Shown here one piece after another: positions 8,205 through 18,665 of a stretch of 64,000 bases of DNA. The stretch is from Prevotella sp. (lineage in GTDB: Bacteria > Bacteroidota > Bacteroidia > Bacteroidales > Bacteroidaceae): the NCBI GenBank assembly GCA_045613845.1, contig JAZLBU010000098.1, positions 2,510 to 66,509 on the forward strand. The letters run 5' to 3'. The position numbers and the translations under genes were made by a program. Positions within the stretch are counted from its first letter, which is position 1, and the number at the start of each line of letters is the position of its first letter. The notes under the pieces are model-generated. The model saw only the letters and a program-made list of their open reading frames with translations, was not told the origin of the DNA and did not search any database.

Positions 8205-9797
8205 ATGAATCCTGAAATATCAAGACGTCGCACATTTGCTATAATATCACACCCTGATGCAGGTAAGACAACGCTGACAGAGAAGTTTCTGCTCTTTGGC
8301 GGACAGATACAGGTGGCTGGTGCAGTAAAATCAAACAAGATAAAGAAAACGGCAACATCAGACTGGATGGATATAGAGAAACAACGTGGTATCTCTGTTT
8401 CCACCTCGGTTATGGAGTTTGATTACCTTCCACCTTCACTTGAGGGTGGAGAACCATATAAGGTAAACATACTGGACACTCCTGGTCACCAAGACTTCTG
8501 TGAAGATACCTATCGCACACTGACAGCTGTAGATTCAGCCATCATAGTGGTGGATGGAGCAAAGGGCGTAGAGGCTCAGACCAGAAAACTGATGGAGGTG
8601 TGCCGAATGCGCAATACTCCTGTAATCATCTTTATCAATAAGATGGATCGTGAAGGCAGAGACCCATTTGATTTGCTTGATGAACTGGAGCAGGAGTTGC
8701 AGATAGGTGTGCGTCCGCTTTCATGGCCTATCAACCAGGGGGCACGATTCAAGGGCGTTTATAATATATACGAACAGCAGCTGAATCTCTTTACCCCTGA
8801 CAAACAGAGGGTGACCGAAAAGGTGAGCGTAGACATATCTTCATCAGAACTTGACAACCAGGTGGGAGAAGAGGATGCAGCAAAACTGCGTGATGATCTT
8901 GAACTGGTGGATGGTGTATATCCTGAGTTTAATGTGGAGAGTTATCGCTCGGCTGAAGTAGCACCCGTGTTTTTCGGTAGTGCGCTGAATAATTTTGGCG
9001 TACAGGAATTGCTTGACTGCTTCGTTGAAATTGCTCCGTCACCTCGTCCTACAAAGGCTGAGGAACGTATGGTGGAACCTGAGGAACAAAAGTTTACAGG
9101 CTTTATCTTTAAGATTACAGCTAATATAGACCCTAACCACCGTTCATGTATCGCCTTCTGCAAGGTGTGCTCAGGAAAGTTTGAACGTAACAAACCATAT
9201 CTGCATGTAGGACAGAACAAGACCCTTCGTTTCTCCTCTCCCACTCAGTTTATGGCTCAACGCAAGAGTACCATAGACGAGGCTTGGGCTGGTGATATAG
9301 TTGGTTTGCCTGATAATGGCATATTCAAAATTGGTGACACCCTGACGGAAGGTGAGTTGCTGCACTTTAGAGGTCTGCCATCATTCTCTCCTGAGATGTT
9401 TAAATACATAGAGAATGACGATCCTATGAAGGCAAAGCAATTCCAAAAGGGATTGGAGCAACTGATGAATGAAGGTGTTGCACAGCTGTTCGTCAACCAA
9501 TTTAACGGTCGCAAGATAGTAGGTACTGTTGGCCAACTGCAGTTTGAGGTTATACAGTATCGTCTTGAAAACGAGTATAATGCTAAGTGCCGTTGGGAAC
9601 CAGTTCACCTATATAAGGCCTGTTGGATAGAGAGTGATAATGAGCAGGAATTGGAAAACTTCAAGAAAAGGAAGTATCAATATATGGCAAAGGATAAGGA
9701 TGACAGAGATGTTTTCCTTGCTGATTCAGGCTATGTGCTCTCTATGGCTCAGCAGGATTTTGAGCATATCAAGTTCCATTTCACAAGTGAGTTCTAA
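8205..9797 (+). CDS. prfC: Peptide chain release factor 3
   Basis: [29 protein letters not shown] and GQLQFEV motifs. Confidence 0.98.
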   Translation: MNPEISRRRTFAIISHPDAGKTTLTEKFLLFGGQIQVAGAVKSNKIKKTATSDWMDIEKQRGISVSTSVMEFDYLPPSLEGGEPYKVNILDTPGHQDFCEDTYRTLTAVDSAIIVVDGAKGVEAQTRKLMEVCRMRNTPVIIFINKMDREGRDPFDLLDELEQELQIGVRPLSWPINQGARFKGVYNIYEQQLNLFTPDKQRVTEKVSVDISSSELDNQVGEEDAAKLRDDLELVDGVYPEFNVESYRSAEVAPVFFGSALNNFGVQELLDCFVEIAPSPRPTKAEERMVEPEEQKFTGFIFKITANIDPNHRSCIAFCKVCSGKFERNKPYLHVGQNKTLRFSSPTQFMAQRKSTIDEAWAGDIVGLPDNGIFKIGDTLTEGELLHFRGLPSFSPEMFKYIENDDPMKAKQFQKGLEQLMNEGVAQLFVNQFNGRKIVGTVGQLQFEVIQYRLENEYNAKCRWEPVHLYKACWIESDNEQELENFKKRKYQYMAKDKDDRDVFLADSGYVLSMAQQDFEHIKFHFTSEF

Positions 9798-9831
9798 TAA
9801 TCTAATTATAGGATTCTAAAACAATTTTTCG

Positions 9832-10206
9832 TTGGCAGTTACTGTAAAAATATCTATTGGTGCAAACGCGAACCGCGCAATACAAATGATGCGCGCCAGA
9901 AATCTTTTGACAAAAGAGTTAGAAGGCATTCGCTTCACACGGATGCTTACTATGCCTGCCTATGATAAGCCAAAGGAAGGCGTTTTCTATTCAAACATGC
10001 TTGCCACATTCAATACAGAACTGGATGAGACTACACTGATAACACTATTAAAGAAGTTTGAATTGGAACTAGATGATACTCCCGAATTGCGAAAGAGTGG
10101 CACAGTGATGATGGATATTGATTTGTTGCAATATGATGAAGAAAGGCGCCACACAGATGACTGGCAACGTGCATATATTAAGCAACTTATGGAAGAACTG
10201 GGGTAA
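9832..10206 (+). CDS. folK: HPPK/FolK-like diphosphokinase (short, divergent)
   Basis: ISIGAN at the N-terminus, FYSNM, LKKFE and DIDLL motifs. TTG start. Confidence 0.7.
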   Translation: MAVTVKISIGANANRAIQMMRARNLLTKELEGIRFTRMLTMPAYDKPKEGVFYSNMLATFNTELDETTLITLLKKFELELDDTPELRKSGTVMMDIDLLQYDEERRHTDDWQRAYIKQLMEELG

Positions 10207-10225
10207 TCAATAAAAGATTAGCACA

Positions 10226-10927
10226 ATAAAAAGACCGATACACATATTTCTTCTCTTTCTCTCCTTCGTTATTATGGCTTACGGAGCAGAACCAGCATCA
10301 GTGCTTCTTGGTAAGGCAATAGAATATTATCAGGGAAGAAAATATCATGAATGTATCCTCGCCTTTGAAAAACTACGCAAGCATTATCAGTTAAATCCTC
10401 GTTTTACTGCCTATCTCGGTTTTAGTTATTACAAAACGCAACAATATCCTGAGGCAGTAGAATTTCTCGAGGAGAGTATTCCTTCGTTAAAAGCTTATTC
10501 GCCCCAAGAGCAGGCTGTGTATCTGTATGCTTGTGCCGAAAGCCACTTTGCTCTCACACAATACAGCGAGGCTCTACCCTACTACACCCAAGCCTTACCA
10601 CTGACAAGAGGACTGGATAAGGCTGATGTTAACTATCACATGGCTTTCTGTTATTATTTTCAAGGTACAGACAGTGTGAGTGTTGATCATACGATACAAC
10701 ACTTCACTTCTGCTAATAACATCTATAAGGAGAGTGCCCGTCAAACTGCTCTAAATGAATTACATAATGCACGTATGTCGCAAACAGACAATATGTTACG
10801 TGCATTACGCAAACTATTACCACAACCAGTTGACAGCATACCAGCTAAAGCTCCTGTTGACAGCATACCTACTACGGTTCCTGCTGACAGCATTCTTACT
10901 TCACCTCAACTCCGCAATACTTTATAA
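10226..10927 (+). CDS. Secreted tetratricopeptide-repeat protein with a C-terminal PVDSIP repeat
   Basis: TPR-like helices (YLGFSYYKTQQYPEA, ACAESHFALTQYSEA). The frame is open upstream of the ATG at 10274 and encodes a signal-peptide-like segment from ATA at 10226, so the start is uncertain. Confidence 0.7.
   Translation: MKRPIHIFLLFLSFVIMAYGAEPASVLLGKAIEYYQGRKYHECILAFEKLRKHYQLNPRFTAYLGFSYYKTQQYPEAVEFLEESIPSLKAYSPQEQAVYLYACAESHFALTQYSEALPYYTQALPLTRGLDKADVNYHMAFCYYFQGTDSVSVDHTIQHFTSANNIYKESARQTALNELHNARMSQTDNMLRALRKLLPQPVDSIPAKAPVDSIPTTVPADSILTSPQLRNTL
10826..10894 (+). repeat. 27-bp coding tandem repeat x3 (PVDSIPAKA/PVDSIPTTV/PADSI)
   Basis: CCWGYTGACAGCAT at 10826, 10853 and 10880. Confidence 0.8.
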
Positions 10928-11876
10928 GCTTAACTTTCTTTCCCTTGGCAACTTCTGGCTTCTGCCAAGTTCCGTCAAGTATCAGGATTGGTGTCTTCTT
11001 ACCCATTGGAGCAGCATCAACAGCCTCCTGAAGAGTTAGATAGTTTCCTCTGCCCTTAGCTGATACTACATAATCATAATGACGAACGTATGGTGTGAGT
11101 TGAGGACATACTTTTGCCATTTCATCAACAAGCAGAGATGCCATCAAGCGAGCACCATAAACATTATAATGGGTATTATCCTTACCATTATACTTTATCA
11201 TGTGCAGGTTACGCGAACCCTCTACACCGAGACTATTCTCAAGGTCGGTAGATATCTTGTTGGCGTCGATAAAAGGTACATTAAACTCCTTAGCTATCTG
11301 CTGTGGTACACAAGCATAGTCGCCATGAGTATCTACAAGCGTATCGCTATTAATCTTTTCTGCACCATTATATTTGTCGCGATTAACACTCCTAAGAGCT
11401 TCATCATCTATCTCCTCCTTTGTCTGAGCATTAAAGAAGTTACGACGTGCAACACAGTTCATCACGATAGGTGTTACGCCTTTTTCCTTTGCTGCACGAA
11501 TAAACATGCGATAGTTGTCAGCAAACTCCTGCCAAGGACGGGTGTAGCGAAGGCTGTCTTTGCTTTTCTCGTCATTATGTCCGAACTGAATCACGAGGTA
11601 ATCGCCTGGTTGCATCTTGTCTAAAACCTTCTGCCAGCGTCCTTCGTTTATGAATGATTTAGATGAACGGCCATTAACAGCATGATTATCAACAATTACA
11701 TTATCGGTAAAGAAACCTTGAAGCACCATACCCCAACCTCTCTCTTCGTGGGCTTTCTTCATGCTCTTATTCGCCATAGTTGAATCACCTATCATGAAGA
11801 TGGTGAATCGTTTGTTGGATGAGGTGAGCATAAAGGTCATAGCCATCACCAACGCCAGTGTTATTATTTTTCTCAT
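10896..11876 (-). CDS. SGNH/GDSL rhamnogalacturonan acetylesterase-like protein with a short pectinesterase-like C-terminal tail
   Basis: IGDSTMA, GRSSKSF, QFGHND and DNTHY catalytic motifs. The tail VVSAKGRGNYLTLQEAVDAAP resembles the start of a pectinesterase domain. Confidence 0.85.
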   Translation of the reverse strand: MRKIITLALVMAMTFMLTSSNKRFTIFMIGDSTMANKSMKKAHEERGWGMVLQGFFTDNVIVDNHAVNGRSSKSFINEGRWQKVLDKMQPGDYLVIQFGHNDEKSKDSLRYTRPWQEFADNYRMFIRAAKEKGVTPIVMNCVARRNFFNAQTKEEIDDEALRSVNRDKYNGAEKINSDTLVDTHGDYACVPQQIAKEFNVPFIDANKISTDLENSLGVEGSRNLHMIKYNGKDNTHYNVYGARLMASLLVDEMAKVCPQLTPYVRHYDYVVSAKGRGNYLTLQEAVDAAPMGKKTPILILDGTWQKPEVAKGKKVKLIKYCGVEVK

Positions 11877-11900
11877 AGTCAGAGGAATATTGATTTTTAT

Positions 11901-13304
11901 TTAACCTTTTATCTTTTCCAGCATTTCCTGTGGTGTGAGCAGTTGCTGCTCACCTGTAGCCATATTCTTCAATGTAATTTTGCCTTCCTTGATTTCATTG
12001 TCACCAGCGAGTGCAACATAAGGAATATTGAGAGCATTGGCATATGACATCTGTTTCTTCATCTTGGCAGTTTCTGCATATATCTCTGTACGAATGCCAG
12101 ACTTACGTGCTTGTTGAGCAATAGGCATACAATATGCTGTTTCAGCCTCGCCAAAGTTGATGAAGAGCAGTTGAGTTCCTGTAATAGTCTCTTCAGGATA
12201 AAGGTCTAGTTGGTTCAGCACGTCATATATGCGATCAGCACCAAACGAGATACCTACGCCACTTAGTCCTGGCATTCCGAATATTCCTGTAAGATTGTCG
12301 TAACGACCACCACCAGTTATGCTTCCGATTTGTACGTCAAGCGCCTTCACCTCGAATATAGCACCAGTGTAGTAATTCAGTCCACGAGCAAGTGTAAGGT
12401 CGAGCTGTACCATCGCACTACCCCATCCCTCTCTTTCAGGCAGAGTGTCTACACCATTAGTATTAAGCGCTCCGAGATGATCAAGTATATAGCGCATTTC
12501 TTCCACGCCCTTCATACCTATCTCAGATTCACTCAGCACACTTGCTATAGTATCAAGTTTCTGGGCATTGGTACCTTCAAGTTTGATTATAGGTTGCAGT
12601 TTAGCAATAGCCTCCTCAGAAATGCCGTCAGCACGCAGTTCATCGTTTACTGCATCCAGTCCTATCTTATCCAGTTTGTCGATAGCTACGGTAATGTCAA
12701 CTATCTTGTCTGCCTCGCCTATTACCTCAGCAATACCAGTAAGAATCTTGCGGTTATTTATCTTTATCTGGACGCGAACGCCGAAAGATGTAAAGATGTC
12801 ATCAGTTATCTGCATCAGGTCAACCTCATTGAGCAGAGAGTCTGAGCCCACTACGTCAACATCACACTGATAGAACTCACGATAGCGTCCTTTCTGTGGA
12901 CGGTCAGCACGCCATACAGGCTGTATCTGGTAGCGTTTGAATGGCAACTGAAGTTCTTCACGATGTTGCACAACATAACGTGCGAAAGGAACAGTGAGAT
13001 CATAACGAAGTCCCTTCTCACAGAATTTTGATGCCAACTTAAGAGTGCTGGTATTAGCCACCTCATCAGCTGTCATACCATGCAAGAAATCGCCTGAGTT
13101 AAGTATTTTGAATAGGAGTTTATCCCCCTCTTCACCATACTTACCCATGAGAGTGGATAGATTTTCCTGTGCTGGTGTCTCTATCTGGCGAAAGCCATAG
13201 AGTTCAAATACTCTACGCACAGTATTAAAGATATAGTTGCGCTTTGCCATTTCCAATGGTCCAAAGTCGCGCGTTCCTTTAGGTATGCTTGGTTTTTGTG
13301 CCAT
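11901..13304 (-). CDS. hisS: Histidine--tRNA ligase
   Basis: [38 protein letters not shown] and GGGRYD motifs. Confidence 0.98.
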   Translation of the reverse strand: MAQKPSIPKGTRDFGPLEMAKRNYIFNTVRRVFELYGFRQIETPAQENLSTLMGKYGEEGDKLLFKILNSGDFLHGMTADEVANTSTLKLASKFCEKGLRYDLTVPFARYVVQHREELQLPFKRYQIQPVWRADRPQKGRYREFYQCDVDVVGSDSLLNEVDLMQITDDIFTSFGVRVQIKINNRKILTGIAEVIGEADKIVDITVAIDKLDKIGLDAVNDELRADGISEEAIAKLQPIIKLEGTNAQKLDTIASVLSESEIGMKGVEEMRYILDHLGALNTNGVDTLPEREGWGSAMVQLDLTLARGLNYYTGAIFEVKALDVQIGSITGGGRYDNLTGIFGMPGLSGVGISFGADRIYDVLNQLDLYPEETITGTQLLFINFGEAETAYCMPIAQQARKSGIRTEIYAETAKMKKQMSYANALNIPYVALAGDNEIKEGKITLKNMATGEQQLLTPQEMLEKIKG

Positions 13305-14576
13305 TTACTTTCTTACAATAGTTTGTTCACGGTCAGGACCTATTGAGATAATAGTGATAGGAGTCTCGAGCTGTTCTTCAAGGAACTTAATGTAGTTCTT
13401 GAATGCCTCAGGGAACTGTTCCTCACTGGTGAATTGGGTCATATCAGTTTGCCAGCCTGGTAACTCCTTATATACAGGTTCTATTCCATTCTCTATGTTA
13501 TAAGGGAAATCGGGAGTCTCTACACCATTAACCTTATATGCCACACAAGCCTTGATGGTTGCGAAGGTGTCGAGAACGTCACTCTTCATCATGATGAGTT
13601 GGGTTACACCATTTACCATTATAGAATAGCGCAATGCTACGAGGTCTATCCATCCGCAACGGCGCTCACGACCTGTAACAGCACCATATTCATGACCAAT
13701 ATCACGCATCTTCTTGCCTGTCTCGTCAAATAGTTCTGTAGGGAAAGGACCAGCACCAACGCGTGTGCAGTATGCCTTCATGATGCCGTAAACCTCACCA
13801 ATTTTATTTGGACCGAGTCCAAGACCCGTACAAGCACCTGCACAGATGGTATTAGAAGATGTTACGAAAGGATAAGAACCAAAATCCACGTCAAGCATTG
13901 TGCCCTGTGCACCCTCACAGAGGACAGACTTACCAGCCTTGAGAGCCTTGTTAATAGTGTGCTCAGAATCAACCAACTGGAACTGACGTAGGTATTCGAT
14001 GCCCTCCATCCAGTGTTTCTCAATATCTGTGATATCATAGTCTGTATATCCCATAGACTTGAGTGTTTCTTCATGCTTAGCCTTGTGTGCAGCATATTTC
14101 TCCTCAAAATTTTCAAGAATATCGCCAACGCGCAGACCTGTACGCGCTATCTTGTCAGAATAGGTAGGGCCGATACCCTTACCCGTTGTTCCAACTTTAT
14201 TCTTACCCTTTGAAGCCTCTATTGCAGCATCCAGCACTCGGTGGGTAGGCATAATGAGGTGAGCCTTCTTAGATATGCAAAGACGTGATTTAAGGTCGTG
14301 ACCAGACTTCTCCAAATCTTTTGCTTCATCCATAAACAGGTCTGGTGCAAGTACTACGCCATTACCTATAATATTCACCTTGCCACCCTGGAATATACCA
14401 GAAGGAATAGAACGGAGAACATATTTCTCACCATTAAACTCCAACGTGTGTCCTGCATTAGGACCGCCCTGGAAACGAGCAACTATATCATACTTTGGCG
14501 TGAGTACGTCAACTACCTTGCCTTTTCCTTCGTCACCCCACTGCAAACCGAGGAGCACATCTACTTTTCCTGTCAT
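13305..14576 (-). CDS. purA: Adenylosuccinate synthetase
   Basis: QWGDEGKGK, GGPNAGHT, GTTGKGIGP, EGAQG and TGRERRCGW motifs. Confidence 0.98.
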   Translation of the reverse strand: MTGKVDVLLGLQWGDEGKGKVVDVLTPKYDIVARFQGGPNAGHTLEFNGEKYVLRSIPSGIFQGGKVNIIGNGVVLAPDLFMDEAKDLEKSGHDLKSRLCISKKAHLIMPTHRVLDAAIEASKGKNKVGTTGKGIGPTYSDKIARTGLRVGDILENFEEKYAAHKAKHEETLKSMGYTDYDITDIEKHWMEGIEYLRQFQLVDSEHTINKALKAGKSVLCEGAQGTMLDVDFGSYPFVTSSNTICAGACTGLGLGPNKIGEVYGIMKAYCTRVGAGPFPTELFDETGKKMRDIGHEYGAVTGRERRCGWIDLVALRYSIMVNGVTQLIMMKSDVLDTFATIKACVAYKVNGVETPDFPYNIENGIEPVYKELPGWQTDMTQFTSEEQFPEAFKNYIKFLEEQLETPITIISIGPDREQTIVRK

Positions 14577-14635
14577 ATATCTATTGTATTTTAGTTTTAT
14601 ATTCTATTTTCTTATAAAATCACGATTGACCCAAA

Positions 14636-16327
14636 TTATGCCTGAGAATGACGTGAGCATTCGGCAGCAGCCTGAACAACATTGATGATATAGTCACCAA
14701 GTTTCTCACACTCGTTGATAAAATCTGTGTAATAAACACCCAATTGATAAGAGTACAGACCATTACCTATATCGGTAAGGTTCTGTCCCTTGAGGTGCGC
14801 ACGATAGTTGTTTATCTCATTCTCTATGTTTCTTGATTTTGTGTATGATATTCCCTGAGCGTCAGGATGAGCCACCATCTTAACCATCTCAGTCATAGCA
14901 CTATCAACGAGTACGAGCATAGAATGAAGATGCTCCATCTGGTCAGCAGTAAATTGCTCTTTAACATTCTTGCGACGACGGTTGAGAGTTCGTGCAAGAT
15001 TATAGAGTGAATCACCTATTGACTCCAGTTCATCAATCTGGCGCATCATACGCTGTATGCGTCCCTTTGAGTCGTCAGACAACCTACCCTCACTCACTTT
15101 GTTAAGATAGTTTGCTATCTCCACCTCCATATTATCGGTGATGTTCTCATATTTCTCTATTCGTGAGAACTGTTTAGTGAAGTCATCATCCTTTGTAACA
15201 TTCAGGATATCAACTACCAGACCGAACATCTTATAACATCTCTCAGCAAAGTTATTGATTTCTTTCTTTGCCTCAAGAATAGAAAGTTCGGCAGTAGATA
15301 GAATACCTGCTGAGATAAAGCGCAGTCTGTATTCCTCCTCCTGTTCCTTCTGTGGCAATATTGTACAAACAAATTTCTCTATCTGAGGAACGAACCATAT
15401 GAGCAACAATGTATTGAGAAGGTTGAATGCTGTATGGAATGTTGACAACTTATACATGTCGTTGCTCGTATGCATTACATCAAGAGCAAACCAGTCAACA
15501 GCTCTGCATGCAGGATAAAATACGATAAGTACAGCTACCACACCAAACACATTGAAGAACATATGTGCAAGAGCCGCTCTGCGTGCTTGGGTATTAGCCG
15601 CAAGCGAAGCCATAAACGCCGTTATCGTAGTACCGATATTCTGACCCATAGCGAGTGCTGCAGCCTGTTCAAAACCGAAGCCTGGAATCTGCATATCAAA
15701 CAGCATAAGGGTGATAGCCATAGTAGCTGCTGAAGCCTGCACTAGCATTGTTACCAAAGCACCTACAACCACAAAGAGCAATATAGTGAAGAAACTATCG
15801 CCAGGAATGTGGGCAAGCATGTTAGCAGTAATAGTACCTATATCCAGACTTGTTGCCGCTTGCTGCAGGAATGCCAGTCCCATAAAGAGGAAAGAAAAAC
15901 CAAACAAGAATTCGCCTATACTCTTCTTGCTTGACTTGCTTGAGAATATCATCGGCATACCAATAGCGAGCAGAGGAATAGCAAATGCTGCTATGTCAAC
16001 CTTAAAGCCGATGGCAGATATCACCCATGCTGTAACCGTAGTACCGATGTTGGCACCCATTATGACACCAATAGCCTGTGCAAGGGTCATAAGTCCGGCA
16101 TTTACAAAACTTACTACCATTACGGTGGTAGCTGATGACGACTGTATTATAGCTGTTATTACGATACCCGTAATGACACCCATAAAACGATTGTTGGTCA
16201 TAGCTGCAAGAATGGCTCGCAACTTACTACCTGCAAACTTCTCTAGTCCCTCACTCATTATCTTCATTCCGTACAGGAATAAGGCGAGTGAGCCTAACAG
16301 CGAGAAGATGTTGATGATTGTATCCAT
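14636..16327 (-). CDS. Na/Pi cotransporter family protein with PhoU-like C-terminus
   Basis: QSSSATT, GANIGTT and a repeated QASAAT/GQNIGTT motif, followed by a helical PhoU-like tail. Confidence 0.92.
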   Translation of the reverse strand: MDTIINIFSLLGSLALFLYGMKIMSEGLEKFAGSKLRAILAAMTNNRFMGVITGIVITAIIQSSSATTVMVVSFVNAGLMTLAQAIGVIMGANIGTTVTAWVISAIGFKVDIAAFAIPLLAIGMPMIFSSKSSKKSIGEFLFGFSFLFMGLAFLQQAATSLDIGTITANMLAHIPGDSFFTILLFVVVGALVTMLVQASAATMAITLMLFDMQIPGFGFEQAAALAMGQNIGTTITAFMASLAANTQARRAALAHMFFNVFGVVAVLIVFYPACRAVDWFALDVMHTSNDMYKLSTFHTAFNLLNTLLLIWFVPQIEKFVCTILPQKEQEEEYRLRFISAGILSTAELSILEAKKEINNFAERCYKMFGLVVDILNVTKDDDFTKQFSRIEKYENITDNMEVEIANYLNKVSEGRLSDDSKGRIQRMMRQIDELESIGDSLYNLARTLNRRRKNVKEQFTADQMEHLHSMLVLVDSAMTEMVKMVAHPDAQGISYTKSRNIENEINNYRAHLKGQNLTDIGNGLYSYQLGVYYTDFINECEKLGDYIINVVQAAAECSRHSQA

Positions 16328-16334
16328 TTTTTAC

Positions 16335-17213
16335 TTACTTATAGTATTCCTTTTTGCCTGCTGCCAGAGTATTCTTCATCAGTGAACATATAGTCATTGG
16401 GCCTACACCACCAGGCACTGGCGTGATGAACGAACATTTTGGTGCTACATTTTCGAAATCTACGTCGCCAGAGAGACGGAAACCACTCTTGCGTGTAGCA
16501 TCAGGCACTCGCGTAGTGCCTACATCAACTATCACGGCTCCGTCCTTCACCATATCTGCTGTCACAAAACCTGGACGACCGATTGCTGCAATGATGATAT
16601 CAGCTTCCAGACATTCTTTTTTCAGCGTAGCCGAACGTGAGTGACATACCGTAACGGTAGCGTCACCATACTGTTTCTGCATCATCAGTTGTGCCATAGG
16701 CTTACCAACGATGTTAGAACGTCCGAGTATTACACACTTCTTGCCGCTTGTTTCAATATTATATCGCTTCAGCAGTGTTATGATACCCAAAGGAGTAGCA
16801 GAGATGAAGCAAGGCAAACCGATTGCCATTCGTCCAACATTGATTGGATGGAAACCGTCCACATCCTTACGATAGTCTATTGCCTCGATGATTTTCTGCT
16901 CATTGATATGCTTAGGTAGTGGGAGCTGAACTATAAATCCGTCCACATCCTCATCTTTGTTTAGTTTGTCAACGCATGCCAGAAGTTCCTCCTCGGTAAT
17001 ATTGTCTTCAAAACGGATAAGCGTTGACTTGAAACCACACGCCTCGCATGCCAGAACCTTATTCTTTACATATGTCTCAGAACCTCCGTCGTGACCTACA
17101 AGAACCGCTGCCAGATGTGGTTGCTTACCGCCTTTGGCAATTATTTCCTTCACTTCTTCTGCTATCTCAGCTTTTATAGCTGTTGCTGTTGCTTTACCGT
17201 CAATCAGTTGCAT
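16335..17213 (-). CDS. folD: Methylenetetrahydrofolate dehydrogenase/cyclohydrolase
   Basis: [23 protein letters not shown] and [11 protein letters not shown] motifs. Confidence 0.98.
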   Translation of the reverse strand: MQLIDGKATATAIKAEIAEEVKEIIAKGGKQPHLAAVLVGHDGGSETYVKNKVLACEACGFKSTLIRFEDNITEEELLACVDKLNKDEDVDGFIVQLPLPKHINEQKIIEAIDYRKDVDGFHPINVGRMAIGLPCFISATPLGIITLLKRYNIETSGKKCVILGRSNIVGKPMAQLMMQKQYGDATVTVCHSRSATLKKECLEADIIIAAIGRPGFVTADMVKDGAVIVDVGTTRVPDATRKSGFRLSGDVDFENVAPKCSFITPVPGGVGPMTICSLMKNTLAAGKKEYYK

Positions 17214-17244
17214 AACTTATAATCTTTTTACTTTCAACCTTCAA

Positions 17245-18621
17245 CTATAACTTCGGCATTCCAGGCATCATTCCAGGCATTCCGCCTTTCATACCCTTCA
17301 TCATGCCAGCCATCTTCATCATGTTTGCCATTTTGTTGCCTTGGAACATTCGCATCATCTTGCGCATCTGGTCAAACTGCTTTATCAGTCTATTAACTTC
17401 CTGAATATCAGTACCTGAACCTTTGGCAATACGCTGTTTACGTGATAAGTTGAGTATTTCTGGATTCTGGCGCTCTTTAGGTGTCATAGACTGAATGATA
17501 GCCTCTATACCCTTGAAGGCATCGTCAGGAATATCCACATCCTTTATCGCTTTGCCCACACCAGGTATCATACCAGCCAGATCCTTGATGTTACCCATCT
17601 TCTTTATCTGCTGTATCTGTCCGAGAAAGTCGTCAAAGTCAAACTTATTCTTCGCAATCTTCTTCTGCAGACGCTTTGCCTCCTCTAGGTCAAACTGCTC
17701 CTGAGCGCGCTCTACGAGTGAAACAACGTCACCCATGCCGAGTATTCGGTCAGCCATACGGTCTGGGTGGAACACATCGAGTGCCTCCATCTTCTCACCA
17801 GTACCGATGAACTTGATAGGTTTAGTCACAACAGTACGAATAGACAGGGCTGCACCACCACGAGTGTCACCATCGAGTTTGGTGAGTATCACACCATCTA
17901 TCTCCAAACGCTCATTGAATATCTTAGCCGTATTGACAGCATCCTGACCCGTCATAGAATCGACAACGAGGAGTGTTTCGTTAGGATTTGTCGCCTTCTT
18001 GATATTCTCTGCCTGCTGCATGAGTTCTTCGTCAATAGACTGACGACCTGCAGTATCGATGATTACCACATCGTATGCCTTAGCCTTAGCCTCCTGAATA
18101 GCGTTGAGTGCTACCTTCACAGGGTCTGTTGCCCCTTGTTCTATGTAACATGGCACCTCCACCTGGTCTGCCAATACCTTCAACTGTTCCATAGCTGCAG
18201 GACGGAATGTGTCACAAGCAGCGAGCAATGGTTTCTTATGCAGTTTGTTTTTGAGGTATAGAGCCAGTTTGCCTGACATGGTAGTCTTACCAGCACCATT
18301 CAGACCTGCCATCATTATTACGGCTGGGTGTCCACTAACTTTCAGTTCCTCAGCCGTACCACCCATAAGCTCAGCCAGTTCGTCGTGCACCAACTTCACC
18401 ATCAGTTGTCCTGGCTTGATGGCGGTGAGCACGTTCATACCTAAAGCTTTTTGTTTAACCGTATCGGTAAACGTCTTGGCTACCTTATAGTTAACATCGG
18501 CATCAAGCAGCGCTCTGCGTACATCTTTTAATGTTTCAGCAACATTGATTTCGGTGATTTTTCCTTCACCTTTAAGTATCTTAAACGAACGTTCAAGTCT
18601 ATCTGATAGATTTTCAAACAT
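17245..18621 (-). CDS. ffh: Signal recognition particle protein
   Basis: ALLDADVN, GLNGAGKTT, DTAGR, TKLDGDTRGGAALS, RILGMGD and a Met-rich tail. Confidence 0.98.
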   Translation of the reverse strand: MFENLSDRLERSFKILKGEGKITEINVAETLKDVRRALLDADVNYKVAKTFTDTVKQKALGMNVLTAIKPGQLMVKLVHDELAELMGGTAEELKVSGHPAVIMMAGLNGAGKTTMSGKLALYLKNKLHKKPLLAACDTFRPAAMEQLKVLADQVEVPCYIEQGATDPVKVALNAIQEAKAKAYDVVIIDTAGRQSIDEELMQQAENIKKATNPNETLLVVDSMTGQDAVNTAKIFNERLEIDGVILTKLDGDTRGGAALSIRTVVTKPIKFIGTGEKMEALDVFHPDRMADRILGMGDVVSLVERAQEQFDLEEAKRLQKKIAKNKFDFDDFLGQIQQIKKMGNIKDLAGMIPGVGKAIKDVDIPDDAFKGIEAIIQSMTPKERQNPEILNLSRKQRIAKGSGTDIQEVNRLIKQFDQMRKMMRMFQGNKMANMMKMAGMMKGMKGGMPGMMPGMPKL

Positions 18622-18663
18622 CTTTATGCTTTATGCTTTATTCTTTATACTTTATACTTTATT
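18622..18663. repeat. Heptamer tandem repeat CTTTAT(G/T/A) x6
   Basis: Occupies essentially the whole gap between the rfbB stop and the ffh start. Confidence 0.88.
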
Positions 18664-18665
18664 CC

